From NCBI GenBank assembly GCA_951406725.2, contig OX597840.1:4092001-4156000 (forward strand): a stretch of 64,000 nucleotides of DNA, given 5' to 3'. The stretch comes from Octopus vulgaris. Lineage: Eukaryota. A model generated the notes under the pieces. That model worked only from the letters and a program-made list of their open reading frames with translations, was not told the origin of the DNA and did no database searches. Of this stretch, positions 56,400-64,000 are shown in pieces. Every line of letters starts with the position of its first letter. Position 1 is the first letter of the stretch. The position numbers and the translations under genes were made by a program.

Positions 56400-56850
56400 G
56401 CACATGAGAAAATAAGGAGGGATGTCCGGAAGAGCATCGCTGTAACACTTCCAGATGGGAAGGGTCTTCCTTTGATGCTGACATGCAATGTCTGTGCAAG
56501 ACCCTGCCTCAGTAAAGCTGGACTCATGAGTCATCTTCGAAGTCATAAAGCGAGACAGATGAGTGACAACCTGGCCACTGGTGGTGGTGTAACACATCAT
56601 ACTAATCATATCTGTCAGGCATGTAGAAGAGAGTGTAATTTGGCAGGAGGACTTAAACGACATGCAAAGGTACATGAAGCCCAGTTACAACTACGGCCGG
56701 CTATTACCGGTAAAGGTTTTAGTTGCCAATTCTGTACAAGAGATTGTAGATCTTTGGCTGGGCTAAAAAGTCGCATTCGATCACAGCACCAATAACAGTT
56801 AAGCTTCGTGCAATGGCCACACTCAATAACGAGGGGGCAGCCATAATAAT
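56398..56850 (+). mobile_element. 5'-truncated RTE-like LINE 3' end encoding three C2H2-type fingers, antisense in an ATG4 intron
   Basis: CNVCARPCLSKAGLMSHLRSH, CQACRRECNLAGGLKRHAKVH, CQFCTRDCRSLAGLKSRIRSQH*. The CxxCxRxCxSxxGLxSHxRxH pattern is typical of RTE ORF termini. Short 3'UTR ending ataataat, no TGEKP linkers, starts abruptly at (GT)n. Confidence 0.62.
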
Positions 56851-56984
56851 ATATATGACACAGCTAGGTTTTGAACCTAAAACAGTAAGACAATTATTTC
56901 TCTCTTTTTCTCTCTCCCGCTCCCTTTACATCTCTTTCTGTCTACTGCTTTCTCTCTCTCTCTCTTTTCCTCTCTCCCTCTTAC

Positions 56985-57127
56985 CAGAGCAACGGAGGGG
57001 TCCAGATGATTCAGCTTCATACGGGAGGCATGGCAACAGTGGTAAGATTCGTCTCCTGTGGTGTTTGTTGACCCGATGTCAACGACAGGCTGGGTGGTGT
57101 GTGGGTCGAGGTAGATCAGTTCATCCT
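56985..57127 (-). CDS. ATG4B: ATG4 exon with catalytic Asp/His (YLDPH)
   Basis: Acceptor ttatttcag|AG, donor CTG|gtaaga, 143 bp. Encodes EDELIYLDPHTTQPVVDIGSTNTTGDESYHCCHASRMKLNHLDPSVAL. Confidence 0.96.
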
Positions 57128-57222
57128 CTGAAATAACAGAGAGGTCAAAGGTTACATTAGCCACGGAGGAGCCAGAAAGCATGCAGAAATGAACATGGGC
57201 TGGAGCAATCAGACACACAGAA

Positions 57223-57257
<35 letters not shown>

Positions 57258-57410
57258 TATGGGGGAATGTGTGGGTGTTTATAAGACAAGAATTACAATT
57301 CCACATGTGAATTACATAATTGCAACATTCTCTATTCAAAACTGGAAATGGTAACTCTCACTATTCCTCACCATGGATTACCATTGAACATTCTCAATGT
57401 AGGCGTAAGC

Positions 57411-57643
57411 GTAGGAGTGGCTGTGTGGTAAGTAGCTTGCTTACCAACCACAGGGTTCCGGGTTCAGTCCCACTGCATAGCACCTTGGGCAAGTGTCTTC
57501 TACTATAGCCACGGGTTCAGCAAAAGAGACCAATAAAAAAAAAGTACTAGGCTTACAAAGTATAAGTCCTGGGGTCAATTTGCTCGACTAACAGGCAGTG
57601 CTCCAGCATGACCACAGTCAAATGACTGAAACAAGTAAAAGAG
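57411..57643 (+). mobile_element. Family-B SINE with internal deletion
   Basis: Head joins the tail directly at atagcc-acgggttcagc. Confidence 0.85.
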
Positions 57644-57949
57644 TATTTGAAACTGCTATTGGATATTACCTATAACTCTATTCTCCATCTGATCACGGAT
57701 CTCCCCAATGCATCCCTAGTTTACTTTGATCCTTTCCACCATTCTTGACAAACTGGAATACACTAACATCATCGATTGGGGACTTCCCCTTGCTTTTACA
57801 TATCTCTCACTTCTGCCTCTCTGATGACGGAATACTCGGCCTATGGAATCCTTACTTAATATGATGATCCACACACTTGGCTATTCTAGAAAAAGCTCAA
57901 AAGAGACTCTGTATATCTATATTCTCTATCTAAATTAAATACCCTCTCT

Positions 57950-58604
57950 TTACTTCTATTCAGTCACTTGACTGCAGCGATGCTGGAGTACTGCCTTTTA
58001 GTCGAGCAAATCGACCCCAGGAATTATACTTTGTAAGCCTAGTACTTATTCTATTGGTCTCTTTGCCGAACCGCTAAGTTACGGGGATATAAATACACCA
58101 GCATCAGTTTTCAAGTGATGTTGGGGGTACAAACACAGACACACACATATATATATATACACATACATATATGAAGCAGTGAGCTGGCAGAAACGTTGAT
58201 GTGCCGGGCGAAATGCTTAACGGTATTTCGTCTGTCGTTACGTTCTGAGTTCAAATTCCGCCAAGGTCGACTTTACCTTTCATCCTCTCAGGGTTGATAA
58301 ATAAAGTACCAGTTTTGTACTGGATCAATGTAATCGACTTAATCACTTTGTCTGTCCTTGTTTGTCCCCTCTATGTTTAGCCCCTTGTGGGTAGTAAAGA
58401 AATATATATATATATATATATACATACATATACATATATACGACAGGCTTCTTTCAGTTTCCGTCTACCAAATCCATTCACAAGGCTTTGGTCAGCCCGA
58501 GGCTAAAGTAGAAGACACTTGCCCAAGGTGCCACGCAGTGGGACTGAACCCGGAACCATGTGGTTGGTAAGCAAGCTACTTACTACACAGCCACTCCTGT
58601 GCCT
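57950..58604 (-). mobile_element. Family-B SINE with a nested plus-strand family-A SINE (58177-58402)
   Basis: The A copy sits in B's internal microsatellite. Confidence 0.87.
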
Positions 58605-58716
58605 ATATATCTTTTTCAAGTGATGCCAAACAGTTTGTTTTTTCGTTTTTACTTTGATTGCAACATCACAAAATTTCCAAATTGCAGAAATAGAAAAGGA
58701 TCAGTTTACAACTTAC

Positions 58717-58795
58717 CAAAAGTACCGACAAACCAATGGGCATGGTTCGGTTTCCCACCGATAATTCCTACTGATTGTTTTAATGACAGACACAT
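58717..58795 (-). CDS. ATG4B: ATG4 exon with the regulatory loop
   Basis: Acceptor ttttccag|ATG, donor G|gtaagt, 79 bp. Encodes MCLSLKQSVGIIGGKPNHAHWFVGTF. GGKPN-x-AH resembles the ATG4A/B class rather than ATG4C/D. Confidence 0.95.
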
Positions 58796-58869
58796 CTGGA
58801 AAATAGAAGAAATTAAGAAAAATAATGGTTTCCGATGGGAATGAAATATTTGAGGAGAATTCATTGAAG

Positions 58870-59253
58870 GAAATACCTATTTCTTTACTACCCACAAGGG
58901 GCTAAACATAGAGTGGACAAACAAGGACAGACATAGGTATTAAGTCGATTATATCGACCCCAGTGCGTAACTGGTACTTATTTAATCAACCCCGAAAGGA
59001 TGAAAGGCAATGTCGACCTCGGCGGAATCTGAACTCACAAATTAACAGCAGACGAAATACCTATTTCTTTATTACCCACAAGGGGCTAAACAAGGACAGA
59101 CAAAGGGATTAAGTCGATTAGATCGACCCCAGTGTGTAACTGGTACTTAATTTATCGACCAAAAGAGGATGAAAGGTAAAGTCGACCTCGGCAGAATTTG
59201 AATACTGCCAAGCATTTTGCCCGGTGTGCTAACGTTCCTGCCAGTTCGCCGCC
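58870..59253 (-). mobile_element. Family-A SINE, internally duplicated form
   Basis: Consensus match. Confidence 0.87.
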
Positions 59254-59259
59254 TTTACA

Positions 59260-59480
59260 TGTGAGGTACCATCACCTGTATAGGACGTGCCTGTATGTAT
59301 AGATGCCTGCAATTCTACCTAGCTTCATGTTTCTTCTCAAGCACAGCAAACTGCTACAACTCCCGGTCCTTTGTCATTTCCTCAGTGAGGCCCAGTATCT
59401 GAAGATCCTTTCTCACCACTTCAACCCACATCTTCCTGGGTCTATCCCCTCCACAGGTTCCCTCCACAATTAGTGACCAT
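59260..59480 (-). mobile_element. RTE LINE 3' fragment
   Basis: Minus strand IVEGTCGGDRPRKMWVEVVRKDLQILGLTEEMTKDREL..FAVLEK. Confidence 0.78.
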
Positions 59481-59499
59481 TTGTATATTTAAATCCCTT

Positions 59500-59830
59500 T
59501 TGGTATGGCTCAGTAGTTAGAGCGTCAAACTTACAATCATGAGGTTGTGAGTTTGATTCTCAGACCAGGCTGTGCGTTGTGTTCTTGAGCAAGACACTTA
59601 TATCCCATTGCTCCAGTTCCCTCAGCTATAGAAATGAGTTGCGACATCACTGGTGCCAAGCTGTATCAGCCTTTGCCTTTCCCTTGGGATAACACTGGTG
59701 GCGTGGAGAGGGGAGGCCGGTATATATGGGCAACTGCCTGTCTTCTATAAACAACCTTGCCCAGACTTGTGCCTGGGAGGGTAACTTTCTAGGTGCAATT
59801 CCATGGTCATTCATGACCGAAGGGGGTCTC
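59500..59830 (+). mobile_element. CORE-type SINE family G; its tail also occurs inverted at 36636-36690
   Basis: tggctcagtagttagagc head, gttcttgagcaagacactt core, tail catgaccgaagggggtctc. Confidence 0.75.
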
Positions 59831-60094
59831 CAGTACCAAAAGTACCTTAGGTTCTATGATACATAGAACTAAATTAAAATTTCCATCAAAATTTCATATC
59901 AATTTGTCCCAAACACCCAGATTAAGCCCCCCAACCCACCCTCCCAGCATTTAAACCAGCCATATCCAACCCAAATATTCTTCCTGCTTTAAGTTCAAAC
60001 TGGCCAAATCTGGCCTCTCACACCTACCCTACAATGTCGTTCCAAAAAGAAACTATCACATCATCAAAAACTCAAAGCAATGTGATACTCTCTC

Positions 60095-60480
60095 TCTTTT
60101 TACTCTTTTACTTGTTTCAGTCATTTGACTGCGGCCATGCTGGAGCACCGCCTTTAGTCGAGCAAATCGACCCCAGGACTTATTCTTTGTAAGCCCAGTA
60201 CTTATTCTATAGGTCTCTTTTGCCAAACCACTAAGTTACAGGGACGTAAACACACCAGCATCAGTTGTCAAGCAATGTTGGGAGGACAAACACAGACACA
60301 CACACACATATATATACAACGTGCTTCTTTTCCATTTCCGTCTACCAAATCCACTCACAAGGTTTTGGTCGGCCTGAGGCTATAGTAGAAGACACTTGTC
60401 CAAGGTGCCATGCAGTGGGACTGAACCCAGAATCATGTGTTTGGTAAGCAAGCTACTTACCACACAGCAACTCCTGCGCC
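60095..60480 (-). mobile_element. Family-B SINE
   Basis: Consensus match. Confidence 0.88.
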
Positions 60481-60570
60481 TATATGATGATAAACTTTAG
60501 TAAATAAGTTATTTTTTATTCAACATAACTAGTCCAGGAACTTTTTGATACCACCTCAAATGAACCTCCA

Positions 60571-60966
60571 AAGGGCCATATAGATCCCCAAGGGTCATAT
60601 TGACCCTCAAGGACCATATTGACCCCAGTTAAGGACCATACTGACCCCAGTTAAGGACTATATTGACCCCAGTTAAGGACCATATCGACCCCAGTTAAGG
60701 ACCATACAGACCCCAGTTAAGGATCACACTGACCCCAGTTAAGGACCATACTAACCCAGGGACCATACAGACCTCAGTTAAGGACCATATTGACCCCAGT
60801 TAAGGACCATACTGACCCCAGTTAAGGACCATATTGACCCCAGTTAAGGACCTTATTGACCCCAGTTAAGGACCTTATTGACCCCAGTTAAGGACCATAC
60901 TGACCCCAGTTAAGGACCATGCTGACCCCAGTTAAGGACCATACTGACCCCAGTTGAGAACCACTG
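60571..60966. repeat. 22-bp minisatellite (aaggaccatactgaccccagtt, about 16 copies) ending in a hAT-like terminus
   Basis: Tandem units read directly; the minus strand begins CAGTGGTTCTCAAC. Confidence 0.9.
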
Positions 60967-61103
60967 ATCAACAGCTGCAGTAAACTTAACTAGGGCCAAC
61001 AACCATGTCTTCTGTATTTCAAGATAAGATGATCATAGGCAGAAAGTATTGATCAAGGCCAGCCATGGGCTAAACAATGACAAAACTTAGCTAGATAGGT
61101 TAC

Positions 61104-61291
61104 CTTGAGACTGTTGAAGTATAGAGAATTGATATCGGTCAGTCCGAGCCTGAGAGGAATAATCAGTAACAAGGGTGACCAACTGGACTCTTTTAATGAT
61201 GAACCTGCTGTTAGTGGGGAACTGTCGGAGATGGATTTAGATTCTAGCTGACCGTTATCACGATTGGCGGTGAAGTTCTTGCACAAAGTCC
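61104..61291 (-). CDS. ATG4B: ATG4 exon (variable loop plus WxPLxLxIPLRLG motif)
   Basis: Polypyrimidine acceptor ttctctctttcttccccag|GG, donor AAG|gtaacc, 188 bp. Encodes ...SWSPLLLIIPLRLGLTDINSLYFNSLK, a hallmark of peptidase family C54. Confidence 0.95.
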
Positions 61292-61368
61292 CTGGGGAAG
61301 AAAGAGAGAAAGAGAAAGTTGAAAGAAAGGGTTAGCATCATTGTAGATATTATCACCATCCTCATCAC

Positions 61369-61411
<43 letters not shown>

Positions 61412-61469
61412 TAGAGTGTTATCATCACTCGTTGTTATTATCATCACCCCCTTTTCATTATTGTCACCA

Positions 61470-62125
61470 TACTCTTTTACTCTTTTACTTGTTTCAGTCA
61501 TTTTACTTGCGGCCATGCTGGAGCACCGCCTTTAGTTGAGCAAATCGATGCCGGGACTTATTCTTTGTAAGCCCAGTACTTATTCTATCGGTCTCTTTTG
61601 CCGAACCACTAAGTGACGGGGACGTAAACACACCAGCATCGGTTGTCAAGCGATGTTAGGGGAACAAACACGGACACACAAACATATACACAAACATACA
61701 TATATATATACATATACTTTATTTAAAGCAGCAGAAAATTCAACAAAACCTGTTACTCTGAGTTTCCCGTTGCCGTTCATCAGACAGTTTTTGCTAGCAA
61801 AAACTGTCCAATGAACGGCAACGGGAAACTCAGAGTAACAGGTTTTGTTGAATTTTCTGCTGCTTCAAATAAAGCATATTACTCTACCACTGGTATTTGA
61901 GTACTCTTTTTTCCACCTTGTTTCACATTTATGTGTTTACTCCGGTATATATACATATATACGACAGGCTTCTTTCAGTTTCCGTCTACCAAATCCACTC
62001 ACAAGGCTTTGGTCAGCCCGAGGCTATAGCAGAAGACACTTGCTCAAGGTGCCACACAGTGGGACTGAACCCGGAACCATGTGGTTGGTTAGCAAGCTAC
62101 TTACCACACAGCCACTCCTGCGCCT
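61470..62125 (-). mobile_element. Family-B SINE hosting a Penelope-like palindromic element (61717-61946) in its microsatellite
   Basis: 158-bp near-perfect palindrome 61717-61874 centred on gctagc. Confidence 0.87.
61750..61787 (-). ncRNA. Minimal hammerhead motif, sense to the ATG4 pre-mRNA
   Basis: CUGU-CUGAUGA-ACG-gcaa-CGG-GAAA-CUC-a-GAG-UA^-ACAG. 4-bp stem I; stem II is weak in this copy (3' strand is CGU in the 62578-62614 copy). Confidence 0.6.
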
Positions 62126-62224
62126 ATGTTCATTATCATGATCATTATCGCCATCATCATCATCACCACCAGCATCATAATAACGACCATCCTCATCATA
62201 ATCACCAGTCATACATACATCATT

Positions 62225-62432
62225 TTACTCTTTCTAGTCATTTTTACTGCAGCCATGCTGGAGCACCAACTTAAAAAAAGAGTTTGAGTCGAAGAAATCG
62301 ACCCCAGGACTTATTCTTTGTAAGCCTAGTACATATTTTATCACTCTCTTTGCCAATCTGCTAAGTTACAGGGACATAAACACACCAGCATCAGTTGTCA
62401 AGCAATGGGGGGTGGGGGAAAAACACACACAC

Positions 62433-62475
<43 letters not shown>

Positions 62476-62880
62476 GAAGTAAACACATAAATGTGAAACA
62501 AGGTGGAAAAAAGAGTACTCAAATACCAGGGGTATAGTAATATGCTTTATTTAAAAGCAGCAAAATTTAACAAAAGCTGTTACTCAGAGTTTCACGTTCC
62601 TGTTCATTGGACAGTTTTGTTAAAATCCCGTTCGTCGGACAGTTTTGTTAAAATTTTAACAAAACTGTCCGATGAACGGGAAACTCCAAGTAACAGCTTT
62701 TGTTAAATTTCTGCTGCTTTTAAATAAAGTATATATATATATATACACGATGGGCTTCTTTCAGTTTCCATCTACCAAATCCACTCACAAGGCTTTGGTC
62801 AGCCCAAGGTTATAATAGAAGACACTTGCCCAAGGTGTCACACAGTGGGGCTGAACCTTCTTACCACACAGCTACACCTG
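62225..62880 (-). mobile_element. Family-B SINE hosting a second, oppositely oriented copy of the same palindromic element (62472-62730)
   Basis: 62472-62620 is the reverse complement of 61800-61946, with its own fold-back. Confidence 0.85.
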
Positions 62881-63071
62881 CACCTATACACACATACAAC
62901 AAGCTTCTTTCAGTTTCCATCTACCAACTGTCATACACAGGGCTTTAGTTGGCCTTGGGGCTATAGAAGGCACGTGCCCAAGCTGCAGCAAAAGTGCATC
63001 TTATACACCCAAAAATATGGTAATCACTCTGATCTCAAAAAAAATAAATACATGTGATAGAATATACTCAC

Positions 63072-63151
63072 TGATGTCATCTTCTATGATGGTGTTGTCC
63101 ATGGCTACATGGGTGACGATGGCGCTCCATTCATCATATACAGACAGCTTC
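63072..63151 (-). CDS. ATG4B: ATG4A/B-class cysteine protease, internal exon (first exon inside the window)
   Basis: Acceptor ctcattag|G, donor A|gtgagt, 80 bp. Encodes KLSVYDEWSAIVTHVAMDNTIIEDDI, which resembles human ATG4B KLAVFDTWSSLAVHIAMDNTVVMEEI (recalled). Phase joins the next exon (A+GG=Arg). Confidence 0.93.
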
Positions 63152-63545
63152 CTAATGAGAGGAAGATGAAGAATAAAGGTAGGGTGTGTGTGTAAGAGAG
63201 AGAGAATCGGTAGAATAACATATATTGACATGCACACACACATACATACACTCATAAATAAAGAATTTATGCATAATAAGATAAAAAAACCAAGGCTGTG
63301 TAGATATTAGAGCTTTTATAGATAAAAGGTCTTACAGCTGTTTCTAGGATATTAATTAATAATATCCCTTCATCGGAGGGATATCTGCATAATTGCTTCT
63401 GTATATGCTCAACCTGATTTCTCTTATAGCCATTCTTTACCCCATGGAATTGATCCCCTGTAAAGACATCGGAGTCTAAGTCTGAATCATTTGGGCACCA
63501 CTAAGTGTCTTCTATACTGAGAATCTGTGCATCTCATCTGTTGAC

Positions 63546-63595
<50 letters not shown>

Positions 63596-63596
<1 letters not shown>

Positions 63597-63962
63597 TAGC
63601 ACTATGACTCGGCAACGCTGGGTCATAGTGCTAGTGCATGCATATACAGCTGCGTGCGTGCTTACACACACGCGAGTACTGTCCAAATCTCCGACCAATC
63701 ACATACAGCTAGCTGGCATTCAATTGGCGTATCAAGTTTCGGGCATTTTGATTGGGTTTTGGATAGAAAATTCACAAAAAAGTAACTTCTATTGATTTTT
63801 AATGGCTTTGCAGGTTGACTGGGGAAATGTAAAGATGTGCACGACCACCCTTGGACGATTTTGAATGACCATAGAAAGTGCGAGCCCTTTAACTGAAAAA
63901 CTGTGGATTTGTATAAAGGACACACACACACACACACAGACATACATTTTGCCATTTATATA
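63596..63962 (-). mobile_element. Single-unit copy of the same non-autonomous Helitron
   Basis: About 90% similar by eye to 53744-54105; inserted in (TA)n. Confidence 0.82.
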
Positions 63963-63998
<36 letters not shown>

Positions 63999-64000
63999 AC

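Noticed and set aside
56367-56795. Host C2H2 zinc-finger transcription factor gene
   Set aside because: No TGEKP linkers, no acceptor or ATG (starts in (GT)n), and RTE-like finger signature and 3' tail. Retained as a retroelement call.
60571-60966. CRISPR-like short repeats
   Set aside because: Head-to-tail 22-mers with no spacers, in a eukaryotic intron.

Overview
AT-rich, microsatellite-saturated metazoan DNA. The SINE repertoire (tRNA-derived CORE-type and Meta-like families) points to an octopod cephalopod; this is inference, not a database result. One host gene is clearly supported: the 3' half of an ATG4A/B-class autophagy cysteine protease on the minus strand. It has six GT-AG exons with matching phases from 63151 down to the stop at 52814, including the catalytic D-P-H motif and a C-terminal acidic LIR (DTEDEFELL); the 5' exons lie beyond the window end. 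The rest is mobile DNA: several dozen SINE copies in about 6 modular families, (TAA)n-embedded Dong/R4-type LINE 3' ends, RTE and CR1 LINE fragments, a full-span decayed mariner with nested insertions, MITEs, and non-autonomous Helitrons (one with six tandem 156-bp copies of its 5' end). The most striking unannotated pattern is at least 10 short 'islands' inside (TA)n tracts. They belong to at least 7 unrelated sequence families, yet each carries a minimal type-I hammerhead-ribozyme motif (CUGANGA-N-stemII-GAAA-short, mostly palindromic stemIII-UH), often as fold-back palindromes. This is typical of Penelope-like element remnants or retrozyme-like RNAs, and some lie in the sense strand of ATG4 introns. 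Most ORFs in the supplied track are microsatellite artefacts. Repeat boundaries are by-eye estimates (roughly +/-10-20 bp); exon boundaries were read base by base.
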